From an uncultured Phycisphaerales bacterium (GTDB lineage: Bacteria; Planctomycetota; Phycisphaerae; Tepidisphaerales; Tepidisphaeraceae): DNA of 64,000 bases. A model generated the notes under the pieces. That model worked only from the letters and a program-made list of their open reading frames with translations. It was not told the DNA's origin and searched no databases. The stretch's first letter is position 1. Every line of letters begins with the position of its first letter. The stretch spans positions 2,240,001 to 2,304,000 of the forward strand of contig CAVWLP010000002.1 in the NCBI GenBank assembly GCA_963755915.1, written 5' to 3'. Made by a program: the position numbers and the translations under genes. Positions 10,582-21,321 of the stretch are shown one piece after another.

Positions 10582-12357
10582 TTAGACGTTGAGGCTAAAG
10601 CGTCCCTCGGCCATGCGATAAATCTTTTTCCAGAATAGACGGTTTATGAAGACGACCGTCAAGCCCATGGCGACGACGGAGGCGGCGAGGAGGGCGTATT
10701 GGCCGTTGGCGGTGGCGTCGGTGATCATGGAGCCGAGGCCGAAGGTGTAGTAGCCGGTGTTGCTGCCGGGGATGGAGACTTCCTCGGCGACGATGGTTGC
10801 GTTCCACGCGCCGCCGGCGGCGGTGATGAGTCCGGTGGCGAGGTAGGGGAAGACGCCGGGGATGTAGATTCGGATCCAGCGCTGCCAGACGGGGAGGTGA
10901 TAGATTTTTCCGGCTTCGCGGAGATCGCTGGGAATGGCCATGGCGCCGGCGATGACGTTGAAGAGGATGTACCACTGGGTGCCCATGAGCATGAGGACGA
11001 CGCAGCCGAAGGTGAAGGGGACGTGAATCCTGGCGAGGAAGACGCAGAGCATGAGGTAGATCATCGGGGCGGGAAAACTGGCGACGATCTGAACGAAGGG
11101 CTGAAGGCGGTTGGCCCAGCGGGGGTTAAGGCCGATGAGGACGCCGGCGGGAAGGGTCCAGGCGGCGCCGATGATGACGGCGGCGAACGTGCGCAGGAAG
11201 GAGAACCAAAGAGCCCAGAGGACGGAGACCCACCCTTTTTGATCGGGGGTTTCGTGAATGGGGAGCTGGAGCATGAGACGGACGAGTTCGACGGAGCCCC
11301 AGACGGCGAGGAGGGCAAGGGCGGCGACGATGAGCCATTTGACGATGACGAGGAACTCGTTGGATTTCGCGGGTCCGGCGTTGCCTGTCGAAGAGATGCC
11401 GCCGGAGGCGTGTGATAAGGATGATGTCGGGTCGTGATGACGGCGTTTCCACCAGCGGCCGATGGCGTTGAGGAGGCCGGAACGCTTGAGGAGGTCGATG
11501 ACCCAGGAATGGGGTTGGTCGGCGGAGGCGGTGTCTTCGAGTTTGAAGCGTTGGCTCCAGACGACGATGGGCCGCCAGACGACCTGGTCGACGAGAACGA
11601 TGACGAGGATCATGGCGATGACGCCGGCGATCATGGCGCGGACGTTCCAATCGATCTGGGCCTGGTTCATGTAGGAGCCGAGGCCGGGGAGGCGGTAATC
11701 GACGTTGTTGAGGGTGAAGGCTTCGTTGACAGTGATGATGAACCAGCCGCCGGCCATAGACATCATGGAATTCCAGACGAGGCCGATCATGGAGGCGGGG
11801 AGTTCGAGGTAGCGGAAGATTTGCCAGCCGGTGAGGCGCTGGATGGCCGCGGCTTCGGAGAGGGCGGTGGGAATGCTGCGGACGCTGCCGAAATAGCTGA
11901 AGGTCATGTTCCAGACCTGGGCGGTGAAGATCATGATGACGCAGGCGAGTTCGAGGCCGAGCCAGCTAGTGGGGAAGAGGCGGACGAAGAGCAGGACGAG
12001 GCCGGGGAGGAACGAGAGGACGGGAAGGGATTGAAGAACGTCGAGGGCGGGGACCATGAATCGTTCGGCGGTGTGGCTGTGGGCGGCGATGGTGCCGTAG
12101 AGGAGGGTGAAGACCAGGGAGATGATGTAGGCGATCACGGCGCGGCTGAGGCTAAAGAAGGCGTATTTGGGGAGGGCCCAGAAGGAAAGACTTATCTGAA
12201 CGGCCTGGGGTCGGGGGGCGGCGGCGTGGCCGAGGAGGATGGCTACGCCGGCGATCAGGCCGGCGATGGAGACGAGCACCAAGGCGTCGATGCCGACGTT
12301 GACCGGCTGCTTGAGCGCCTGGCGCACCTTATCGGAATAAGCAATTACAAACGGCAT
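10582..12357 (-). CDS. NitT/TauT-family ABC transporter permease with duplicated permease domain
   Basis: LDVLQSLPVLSFLPG, WNSMMSMAGGW, GGAWNATIVAE; adjacent to the ATPase gene. Confidence 0.92.
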   Translation of the reverse strand: MPFVIAYSDKVRQALKQPVNVGIDALVLVSIAGLIAGVAILLGHAAAPRPQAVQISLSFWALPKYAFFSLSRAVIAYIISLVFTLLYGTIAAHSHTAERFMVPALDVLQSLPVLSFLPGLVLLFVRLFPTSWLGLELACVIMIFTAQVWNMTFSYFGSVRSIPTALSEAAAIQRLTGWQIFRYLELPASMIGLVWNSMMSMAGGWFIITVNEAFTLNNVDYRLPGLGSYMNQAQIDWNVRAMIAGVIAMILVIVLVDQVVWRPIVVWSQRFKLEDTASADQPHSWVIDLLKRSGLLNAIGRWWKRRHHDPTSSLSHASGGISSTGNAGPAKSNEFLVIVKWLIVAALALLAVWGSVELVRLMLQLPIHETPDQKGWVSVLWALWFSFLRTFAAVIIGAAWTLPAGVLIGLNPRWANRLQPFVQIVASFPAPMIYLMLCVFLARIHVPFTFGCVVLMLMGTQWYILFNVIAGAMAIPSDLREAGKIYHLPVWQRWIRIYIPGVFPYLATGLITAAGGAWNATIVAEEVSIPGSNTGYYTFGLGSMITDATANGQYALLAASVVAMGLTVVFINRLFWKKIYRMAEGRFSLNV

Positions 12358-12448
12358 TGGGCGGGGATTTTAGGGATCGCATCGGCAGAATGCGAATGCT
12401 TCGTGATCTTTGCGACAAGAAAATTTCTTAACGACGTGGGTGGATGTT

Positions 12449-13804
12449 CTACGGAAGCAGAATTCCTTCGATTTCCTGAATTTGATCGGCGATATTTTTG
12501 TTTTGCTGGCAGTCGTCGCCGACGGTTCGGACGGCGTGGAGGACGGTGGTGTGATCGCGGCCGCCGAAGTAGCAGCCGATCTCGGCGAGGCTGAAATGGG
12601 TGAACCGGCGGGCGAGGAACATGCAGACCTGGCGGGGAAAGGCGATGCTCTTGTGGCGTTTTTTGCTCTGGAGGTCGGTGAGCTTGACGTTGTAATACTT
12701 GGTGACGGCTTCGTAGATCTGCTCGACGGTGATGCGGCGTTTTTCGCTGGCGCCCTCGTCGCCGAAGGCGCGCTTGGCGAGTTCGATGTCGATCAGGCCA
12801 TTCTGGAGGAGGCTCATTCCCTGGATTCGGGTGATGGCGCCTTCGAGCTCGCGGGTGTTGTTTTCGACTCGGGAGGCGATGTAGCAGACGACGTCGTCGG
12901 GCAGGGCGATGCCGCGCATGCGGGCCTTTTTCTGAAGGATGGCGATGCGGGTTTCGTAGCAGGGTTTTTCGATGCCGGCGACGAGGCCCCAGTTAAAGCG
13001 GCTGACGAGGCGCTCTTCGAGTTCGGGGATTTCGCTGGGGGGGCAGTCGGCACTGAGGATGATCTGCTTCTGCTGCTGGAAGAGGGTGTTGAAGGTGTGG
13101 AAGAATTCTTCCTGGGTCCGAACATGCTTGCTGAGGAAATGGATGTCGTCGATGACGAGCAGGTCGTTGTGGCGGTAGCGATAGCGGAACTTCTGCATGT
13201 CGCCGTCCGAGACGGAGCTGATGAACTGGTTTACGAAGCTGTCGCAGGAGAGATAGAGGATTCGCAGGTCGCCCTGGCGCTGGAGGACCTTCTGGCAGAT
13301 GGCCTGGAGGAGGTGGGTCTTGCCGAGACCGACGCCGCCGTGGATGAAGAGGGGGTTGTAGGACTTACCCGGGTTTTCAGCGACGGCGATGCTGCCGGCG
13401 TGGGCAAGCTGGTTGCAGGGGCCGGTGACGAACTGGTCGAACGAGTAATCGGGGTTGAGGGGAAGGGGCTGGTCGGTGTCGCTGAAGAGGCCACCGCTGC
13501 CGAGGCCTTCGCAGTGGAAGGAGACGGAAACGAGGCGTCCGAGGACCTGCTGGGCGGCGACGGAGAAGGGCTTCTGGCACTGGCCCTGGCAGAAATTGAG
13601 CTGGGCGAGGTTGGGGACGAGGACCTGGATGACGCCGGTGGTGAGATGCCGGGGGACGAGCTGGTCGAACCAGATTCGGTTGAGGCTTGGATGCTGGTTT
13701 CGGACTTCCTGGAGGACCCGTTGCCAGACCGAGGGGTCAAAAGCGGGCTCTTTGGCGCGGCGCGACAGCGCCTCGCGCGACAACGGCGATTGCATGAGGG
13801 TCAT
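12449..13804 (-). CDS. dnaA: Chromosomal replication initiator DnaA
   Basis: YNPLFIHGGVGLGKTHLL, LLVIDDIHFL, NTRELEGA, FGGRDHTTVLHA. Confidence 0.97.
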   Translation of the reverse strand: MTLMQSPLSREALSRRAKEPAFDPSVWQRVLQEVRNQHPSLNRIWFDQLVPRHLTTGVIQVLVPNLAQLNFCQGQCQKPFSVAAQQVLGRLVSVSFHCEGLGSGGLFSDTDQPLPLNPDYSFDQFVTGPCNQLAHAGSIAVAENPGKSYNPLFIHGGVGLGKTHLLQAICQKVLQRQGDLRILYLSCDSFVNQFISSVSDGDMQKFRYRYRHNDLLVIDDIHFLSKHVRTQEEFFHTFNTLFQQQKQIILSADCPPSEIPELEERLVSRFNWGLVAGIEKPCYETRIAILQKKARMRGIALPDDVVCYIASRVENNTRELEGAITRIQGMSLLQNGLIDIELAKRAFGDEGASEKRRITVEQIYEAVTKYYNVKLTDLQSKKRHKSIAFPRQVCMFLARRFTHFSLAEIGCYFGGRDHTTVLHAVRTVGDDCQQNKNIADQIQEIEGILLP

Positions 13805-13901
13805 GGCGTTTTCTTCTGCGAAAGATCTCTTAAAATCCCCGCGCGGCGTGTACGAGTTTTCTCTCTCCGTACCCTGGGAGCGGGATCACTTTTCAATTTT
13901 C

Positions 13902-13965
13902 ACGAATCAGACATTTTACAAATCAGACAGCTAACGAATCAGGCAACTTACAAATCAGACAGAAG
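13902..13965. repeat. Four tandem 16-bp units (core ACRAATCAGRCA) upstream of dnaA
   Basis: acgaatcagacatttt / acaaatcagacagcta / acgaatcaggcaactt / acaaatcagacagaag. Confidence 0.85.
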
Positions 13966-14234
13966 CCCGCGGCAGTCAACTTTAAACATTTCATCGGCAA
14001 CCCAACTGAGATATGCGTGATGGCTACCGTCTTTATTGCCGCGGCACTCACACGCACCAATTCGCACATTACCCACTTCGCGATCTATTTTTCAAGTGCG
14101 CGGCGAGGAAATATTTTTTGCAATTGCGCTGCGCACCCGTCGCCGGATACAACCCGTTGATAGCGCGATGAAGTTTCTCCCCAACCCGTCTCTCCAAGAG
14201 TCGTGTTAGAAAATATTTTTTTCTCGGGTGCGAA

Positions 14235-15050
14235 TCATTCGCGCTGTCGCGAGGGAATGGGGAGGCCGACTTCAGCCATGACTTGTTTCAGGTCGCTCCA
14301 GACGGCGGCGCGATTTTCTTCGGTGTATGAACGGAGAAGGAAGGCGGGATGATACGTCGGCATGAGCTTGATACCGCGCCAGTTATGCCACTGGCCGCGC
14401 AGTTTACCCATGGAAAGGCGGGATTCGAGCATGTATTTCGACGCGGGGAGCCCGAGTGTAACGATGACTTTTGGATGAATGATCTCCAATTGTCTTATCA
14501 GATAAGGCGTGCAGGTGGCAACTTCGTCGGGGGCGGGGACGCGGTTGTCGGGCGGGCGGCACTTGACGATGTTGGCGATGAAGACCTGCTCGCGGCGCAA
14601 CCCCATGCCTGCGATCATTTTGTTGAGCAGTTCACCGGCGCGGCCGACGAATGGGCGGCCCTGGATGTCTTCGTTTTCGCCGGGGCCTTCGCCGATGAAG
14701 AAGATTTTGGCGTCGGGGTCTCCTTCGCCGAAGACAGTATTTTTGCGGGTTTCGCAGAGCCGGCAGCGGGTGCAGGGTTTGACCTGTTTAGCGTCCAATT
14801 CAGCGAGAAGTGGGATTTTTTGCTCGCGCGTGTAATGGGTTTCAATTTGCGGCGCGGCGAGGGCGTCGGGCTGTAAAAGCGAAAGGGGTGCGGTCGCGTT
14901 TGGCGCGGCGGGGGAGGCGGCGGTGGAGACGGATGGGTCAGGTTGCGGTGACGCAGATTCCTCCGATTTTCGGACCGATTCTAAACCGAACGCCTGTTCG
15001 CTTTTGAGCCAGAGAATTCGGCGGTGCTTCTGAATATCTGGTTGGGCCAT
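14235..15050 (-). CDS. Uracil-DNA glycosylase, family 4
   Basis: CTRCRLC Fe-S ligands, IGEGPGENED, ANIVKCRPP, PTYHPAFLLR; start taken at MAQPD. Confidence 0.93.
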   Translation of the reverse strand: MAQPDIQKHRRILWLKSEQAFGLESVRKSEESASPQPDPSVSTAASPAAPNATAPLSLLQPDALAAPQIETHYTREQKIPLLAELDAKQVKPCTRCRLCETRKNTVFGEGDPDAKIFFIGEGPGENEDIQGRPFVGRAGELLNKMIAGMGLRREQVFIANIVKCRPPDNRVPAPDEVATCTPYLIRQLEIIHPKVIVTLGLPASKYMLESRLSMGKLRGQWHNWRGIKLMPTYHPAFLLRSYTEENRAAVWSDLKQVMAEVGLPIPSRQRE

Positions 15051-15242
15051 TGGACGAATGTTAAATTGTTTTCTTCGGGGAACAAATCCTTGACTCGCCC
15101 GCATTATTGATGGAGAATGGGATTTGTAAAGCCACCCCGGCCCGCAATGGCGGGTGCTCTTTGAAGGGCACACCGTAGCGAGCCGCGGTGGCTTCTTTCG
15201 TTGTGGAATTTGGAGAGATTTTCAAATTGAAGGAGTGACGCC

Positions 15243-16304
15243 ATGGGCGACAAAACAAAAAAAGAGCTTCTGAGCCGGACGATCGAGCACATCGACATCA
15301 CGAAGCACAACCCGGTTTCAATCGTGGACGCGATGCAGCACATGGCGTATAGCTCGCGCGACCTTTACCGGGCGTCCGATATTTACGACCGCATGCTTCG
15401 TGATCGCGAATGCGGGGTGATCCTGTGTCTCGCCGGGTCGCTGATCAGCGCGGGGCTTAAGAAGGTTTTTACGGAGATGATCCGGAGCAAGATGGTGGAT
15501 GCGATCGTCTCCACCGGGGCGAATATCGTCGATCAGGATTTCTTCGAATCGCTGGGGTTCCGGCATTATATCGCTGATGAGAGTCTGAAGTCGGGCCTGC
15601 ACGATGGGATGCTGCGCGATCTGATGATCGACCGCATTTATGACACGCTGATCGATGAGGAAGAGCTGCGTGTCTGCGACGAGACGATGCAGAAGGTGAT
15701 CGATGAGATGGAGCCCAAGGCGCACAGCTCGCGGGAGATTATCCGGGAGATGGGGGCCTATCTGCACACACAAAATAAGGGCGTCGATGGGATCGTGCTG
15801 GAGGCGTATAAGCACGATGTGCCGATCTTCTGTCCGGCGTTCAGCGATTGTTCGGCGGGATTCGGGTTCGTGGCCCACATTCATGCCCGGCAGGCAACGG
15901 GACAGCCGACGGTGAGCATCGACAGTGCCAAGGATTTTTATGAGCTAACCCAGCTGAAGATCAAGAACCCGCAGACGGGGCTGCTGATGATCGGCGGGGG
16001 GGTTCCGAAGAATTTCGCGCAGGACATCGTGGTGGCGGCGGAAATTCTTGGGGTGGAAGCGCCGATGCACAAGTATGCGATCCAGATCACGGTGGCGGAT
16101 GTGCGCGACGGGGCACTTTCGGGCAGCACGCTGAAAGAGGCGAGCAGTTGGGGGAAAGTGGATACGGTGTACGAGCAGATGGTTTACAGTGAGGCGACGC
16201 TGGCGCTGCCGCTCATTGCTGGGTATGCGTATCACAAGGGCGGGTGGCGCAATCGGACGGAGAAGAGGTGGAACCGGTTGCTGGAGACTGCGGCGGTGGC
16301 GTAA
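15243..16304 (+). CDS. Deoxyhypusine synthase-family protein (homospermidine/polyamine synthesis)
   Basis: IVSTGANIVDQD, CPAFSDCSAG, IGGGVPKNF, GSTLKEASSWGKV. Confidence 0.9.
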   Translation: MGDKTKKELLSRTIEHIDITKHNPVSIVDAMQHMAYSSRDLYRASDIYDRMLRDRECGVILCLAGSLISAGLKKVFTEMIRSKMVDAIVSTGANIVDQDFFESLGFRHYIADESLKSGLHDGMLRDLMIDRIYDTLIDEEELRVCDETMQKVIDEMEPKAHSSREIIREMGAYLHTQNKGVDGIVLEAYKHDVPIFCPAFSDCSAGFGFVAHIHARQATGQPTVSIDSAKDFYELTQLKIKNPQTGLLMIGGGVPKNFAQDIVVAAEILGVEAPMHKYAIQITVADVRDGALSGSTLKEASSWGKVDTVYEQMVYSEATLALPLIAGYAYHKGGWRNRTEKRWNRLLETAAVA

Positions 16305-16321
16305 TTCGAATTTCTCTCACG

Positions 16322-16352
16322 GCCCCCGCGATGCCATCGCGGGGCTTTTTTT
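16322..16352 (+). terminator. Intrinsic terminator
   Basis: GCCCCCGCGATG-C-CATCGCGGGGC hairpin followed by a T run. Confidence 0.8.
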
Positions 16353-16443
16353 ATAAAGCATCACGGTCGGCATCATGCCGACCGTGTGTGGACTCGTTTC
16401 CAGCCGATCGAAAGCGGCCTGCGCCGCTGATTGCGATTGGGAT

Positions 16444-16788
16444 TTACGCGGATGCGGTTTGGTATTCGGCCTGGGAGGATCTGAGCTGGGCGAGGGCGTA
16501 GACGGCGGCTTCGCGCTCGCAGGCGCCGACGACGGTGCCATGGCGCTCGTCGGCGGCATGGCCGGGGTCGAGGGGCTCTCCCGCGGGCGCCCAGGTGGCA
16601 CGGTAACAGTTGAAGATCAGGTTGTGCTTGATGGAGAGTTCCAGCCCGGCGCGGGAGAATTCGCGCTGAACGCTGAGGATGGAGGGGTAGGCCCTGCCGT
16701 CGGGAAGATGCTCAAGATCAAGGTCGTCCTGGGGCAACCAGCCGGCTTCGAGAAGTCGATCTACGGCGTAATTAAGATTCATCGTCAA
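16444..16788 (-). CDS. Hypothetical protein
   Basis: 114-aa ORF with normal composition and an RBS-like GGAAGGAG upstream. Confidence 0.7.
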   Translation of the reverse strand: MTMNLNYAVDRLLEAGWLPQDDLDLEHLPDGRAYPSILSVQREFSRAGLELSIKHNLIFNCYRATWAPAGEPLDPGHAADERHGTVVGACEREAAVYALAQLRSSQAEYQTASA

Positions 16789-17134
16789 GCTCCTTCCAAC
16801 GCGCCCTGTTGACCGCCCTCCCGGACTTGGTCAGCTCCGCAATTTTCGGGCAGCTATCATATCCCCGGAAGCGTTGCGATGCCAGTGGTCAGAGCGAAGA
16901 TTTTTTCGACAAAAATGGGGGATTGCTTGAGGCAATCGGGGGCGAAAACGCCGGAAAATGAGATGGGAGACCCCTTGACCTGCGGTGGCTACATTCTAAT
17001 TTCTAGGGTCTATCAAGTCTCCTCGATTCCAGCACCGGGCCCGCAGTCACGAGCAGGCGCATTCGGCGTCTTCGTCCGGTCCCCAGACGCAGCATCAAGA
17101 CCATGCCCTGGCCTGCCGGGACCGGCCCCAGCTC

Positions 17135-18294
17135 GTGACCCGCGGCGACGAATTGGCGGAATTGTTGAAATCTCTGAAAGATTCCGGATCATTCGCTTAT
17201 GACAGCGAATTCATCGGCGAGTTAACATATTTGCCAAAGCTGTGCCTAATCCAGGTGGCGTCGACGACGCGGATTGCCCTGATCGATCCATTGGCGGAAT
17301 TGGATGTTCGGCCGTTCTGGGAGCTGGTGACGGATTCGTCGGTGGAGAAGATCGTCCACGCGGGGGCGCAGGATGTGGAGCCGGTCTTTCGGCGCTGGGG
17401 AGGCCGCCGGGGAATCTTTTTGATACGCAGATCGCGGCGGGGTTTGCGGGGCTGGGGTATCCGCTGTCGCTTTCGAAACTGGTGGGGGCGCTGGTCGGGG
17501 CGAAGCTGTCGAAGGGGCTCACGTTTTCGCACTGGGATAAAAGGCCGCTGACGGATCACCAGATTCGCTATGCGGCGGATGACGTGCGCTACCTTCCCGC
17601 GGTGCGGCATGAAATCGGCCTTCGCCTGGGAGACCAGCGTCATGCACAATGGGCGAAGGAGGAGTCGGCGGCGCTGGCGGATCCGAGCCTGCATGTCTTC
17701 GACCCCGCGGGGCAGTGGATGAAGATTCGCGGGGGCGTGGCGCTGTCGCCAGTGAACCAGGCGATTTTGCGGGAGCTGACGATCTGGCGGGATCGATGCG
17801 CGCGGGAAGAGGACGTTCCGCCTCGGTCGCTGGTAAAGGATGAGATTCTGTTGGATATGGCGCGGGAGCCGATCGGCTCGGTGGAGCAGCTTTCGCGGGT
17901 GAGGGGATTGCCGCGTCCGGTGGAGACGAAATATGGGGCGGGGATCGTGGAGGCGACGGCGGCGGCGCGGGGTCTGCCGGCGGATCGGCTTCCGTCGGCG
18001 ACGGTGTATGAGCCGCTGCCGGAGGAGAAGTTTCGGGCCGATGCGCTGCACTATGCGGTCCAGTCGCTGTGCGCCGGGCAGGGGATCGATCCTATGCTGG
18101 CGACGAGCCGGCAGGAGATTGGGGAGTTTTATCGGCTGCATCTGGCGGGGAAGTCCGCGGAGAATTTGCGGATTATGAGTGGGTGGCGAAAGGAGGCGGT
18201 GGGGGGGAGGTTGGTGGAGCTGTTGCGCGGGGAGGGTTCTGTTTCTCTTCGATGGAAGGATGGGGTTCCGTCGGCTGATACGAATCCCTCGTAA
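17135..18294 (+). CDS. rnd: Ribonuclease D (3'-5' exonuclease + HRDC), frameshifted; true start probably near 17010
   Basis: FAYDSEF...LCLIQVA, KIVHAG in ORF 17135; FDTQIAA, WDKRPLT..QIRYAADDV and HRDC in ORF 17242. Confidence 0.88.
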
Positions 18295-18340
18295 AGGGGA
18301 CCCAAGTCAGCGCGGTGAATTTTTTTGCGCCCGCGTTTTC

Positions 18341-18466
18341 CCCCTCGCCCGGTACTCCGGGAGAGGGATGGGGTGAGGGCCGGAAAATAATTTAGCGCAT
18401 TCAAGGCCCTCACCCGCGCGGGCTTGCGCCCGCTTGCCCTCTCCCGGAATACCGGGCGAGGGGGTA
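18341..18466. repeat. Pair of REP-like palindromes (family A, CCCCTCNCCCGGTACTCCGGGAGAGGG)
   Basis: Two inverted copies here; related copies at about 932-952, 13861-13885, 21276-21303, 34986-35025 and 41981-42020. Confidence 0.75.
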
Positions 18467-18564
18467 AGAGAGCGCGTGCGGTGGCCGTGAAGGGATCCGT
18501 CGCGCAGAGACTTAATTCTTGCATCACCTCTCATTCGCAAATACCTTGGCTGGCTCGTCACCCT

Positions 18565-21236
18565 ATGGACACCTCCGTCACACAAGATCGCAAGCCCGCT
18601 GAGGAGAAATCGCCTCCGGCCGTCGGTCTCTCGCCGGCGATGCGGCAGTATCAGCAATTTAAAACGCAATATCCCGGCTATGTGCTGTTTTTCCGCATGG
18701 GGGATTTTTATGAGATGTTTTGGGAGGACGCTCGGTTGGCGGCGCGGGTTTTGGGGGTGGCGCTGACGAGCCGGAGCCGCGGGGGGCTGGATGCGGAGGA
18801 TGCGATTCCGATGGCGGGGGTGCCGTTTCATGCGGTGGATGGGTATTTGCGGAAGATGATCGCGGCGGGGCATAAGGTGGCGATTTGCGAGCAGGTGGAG
18901 GACCCGGCCGTCGCCAAGGGGGTGATTCGGCGGGACGTGGTTCGGCTGATGACGCCGGGCACGCTGACGGACGATCCGCTGCTGGATGGGCGGGCGGATA
19001 ATTATCTGGCGGCCGTGGCGTTTGGGATTACGAAACGCGACGGGTATCGCGCGGCGCTGGCGTGGGTGGAGCTTTCGACCGGGGCGTGCGTGGCGATGAG
19101 CGGCCGCGAGGGGCAGGTGCGCGATGAGATCGCCCGGCTGCGGCCGGCGGAAGTGCTGCTGCCGGAATTGCCATCCGGGCAGACGCATGAATTCGGGCGG
19201 CAACTGGAGGGGATCGAGACGATCGCGGTAACGGCGCGGCCGGGGTGGCAGTTTTCGCAGCACCATGCGAAGGAGCAGCTTTCGGCCCAGTGGAAAATCG
19301 CGACGGCGGAGGGGCTGGGTTTTTCGGATGACGATCCGGGGATTTTCGCGGCGGCGGCGCTGCTGTCGTATCTTCAGGAGACGCAGAAGACCTCGCTGGC
19401 GCACCTGCGGCCGCTGCGGCGGCACGTGGTGGAGAATCACCTTGCCGTTGATCCCTCGACGTGGCGAAGTTTGGAGATCGAGCGGACGGTTCGCAGCGGG
19501 GGGACCGGGGGAACATTGCTGGGGGCGATCGACCGGACCCGAAGTTCGATGGGGGCGCGGCTGCTGCGGCAGTGGTTGCGCACGCCGCTGGCGGAGAGCC
19601 AGCATGTGGAGGCGCGGCAGAGCGCCATCGCGGCGCTATTGGAGGCGTCCGAGGCGCTGGGGAAAATCGTGGAATGTTTAGACGATGTCTGCGATATCGA
19701 GCGGATCGTCGCGCGGATTGCGCTGGCGCGGGCCAACCCGCGGGATTTGAGCGGCGCTGTCGCGGTCGCTGGGGTCGATGCCGGCGCTGCTGGATCGGCT
19801 GGCGGCGCTGCCGGCGGCGAAGGATGTAGCGCCTGAGCTGGTGAGACTGCGGGAGTTTTGCGTGGAGCGCGGGAAATATCTGGCCGGGGCGATCAAGGCC
19901 GATCCTTCGCCGCATTTGCGCGAGGGGGGCGTGATTGAAAAGGGGTTTGATGCGGAGCTGGATCGCCTGCGGCAACTGACGCAGGAGAGCCACTCCTGGC
20001 TGGCGGAATATCAGGCGAAGCTGGCCGGGGAGTCGGGGATCGCGTCGCTGAAGATCGGGTTTAACAAGGTTTTTGGTTATTACATCGAGGTGACCGATTC
20101 GCATCGGGCGAAGGTGCCCGTGGCCTGGTCGCGGAAACAGACGGTCAAGAACGCCGAGCGATATATCACCGAGGAGTTGAAGGCGTTTGAGACCGAGGCG
20201 CTGCAGGCGCAGGACCGGGCGATTGCCCTGGAGCAGCAGCTCTTCGAGAAGGTTCGGCAGGAATTGCTCCAGCATGTCGCGACGTTTGGGGAGCTGGCGC
20301 AGGGAATCGCCCGCGTGGACGTACTGGCATCGCTGGCGGTTTTGGCGCGGGAGCGGCGGTATTGCCGGCCGGTGATTCTTGAGGACCGGACGCTGGAGAT
20401 CATCGACGGACGGCATCCGGTGCTGGAGCAGCAGCTTGGTTCGGAGTTCGTGGCCAACGATGTGAGTTTCGGGGCCGAAGATACGCTGGCGCTGATCACC
20501 GGGCCGAACATGGCCGGCAAATCGACCTACATCCGGCAGGCGGCGCTGATCGTGCTGATGGCGCAGATCGGCAGCTTCGTGCCGGCGAAGTCGGCGAAGA
20601 TCGGGATCGCGGATCGGCTTTTCGCGCGGATCGGGGCGAGCGATGAAATCCACAGCGGGCAGTCGACGTTCATGGTGGAGATGATCGAGACGGCCAATAT
20701 TCTGAATAACGGGGGAGAAGAGCCTGGTGATCCTCGACGAGATCGGGCGGGGGACCAGCACGCTGGATGGACTGAGTCTGGCTTGGGCGATCGCGGAGCA
20801 CATCGCGCTTCAGGTGAGGAGCCGGACGCTTTTCGCGACGCACTACCACGAGCTGACGGATTTGGCCCGGCGGATTAAAGGCGTGCGGAATCTCAACGTC
20901 GCGGTTCGGGAATGGGAAGATCAGGTCGTCTTCCTGCACCGGATTGTCGAGGGGGGGACGGACCGGAGCTATGGCATTCACGTCGCCCGGCTGGCGGGCG
21001 TTCCGCCGGAGGTGCTGGAGCGGGCGAGACAACTGCTTTCGGAACTGGCGGTGCAGCACGTGGGGTCGGCGAAAGTTCCTAAAGGAAAGCGGGCGCAGGA
21101 TGCCGATCAGATGGAGTTGTTCGTCGATCCTGCGAAGGAGATTGCGCGGGTCCTGGCGGGGACGAAGCTGGACGAGCTGACGCCGATGCAGGCATTTGAT
21201 TTGTTGCGGGAATTGAAGAAGCGGCTTACCGAGTAA
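18565..21236 (+). CDS. mutS: DNA mismatch repair protein MutS, in three frameshifted pieces
   Basis: [52 protein letters not shown]. Confidence 0.95.
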
Positions 21237-21275
21237 TGAAAACTCAACGCGGAGATGAGGGAAGTCCTGAATTGT

Positions 21276-21303
21276 CCCCGCCCCCGGTACTCCGGGGAGG
21301 GGG
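21276..21303. repeat. REP-like palindrome, family A
   Basis: CCCCGCCCCCGGTACTCCGGGGAGGGGG. Confidence 0.7.
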
Positions 21304-21321
21304 TTTAAGAGAGCCGCGTTT

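Noticed and set aside
13902-13965. CRISPR array
   Set aside because: Units are 16 bp with no unique spacers and no cas genes; no CRISPR array was seen anywhere in the window.
4789-14020. Long antisense ORFs rich in E/G/D or P/S/R (for example 12410..14020+, 6849..8012+, 11434..12594+; also 42111..43859-)
   Set aside because: Shadow frames of recognisable genes, caused by high GC and strong codon skew.
13810-14230. oriC assignment next to dnaA
   Set aside because: Only weak DnaA-box-like matches (TTCTCCCCA, TTACCCACT), no dnaN and no skew switch here; not supportable from this window.
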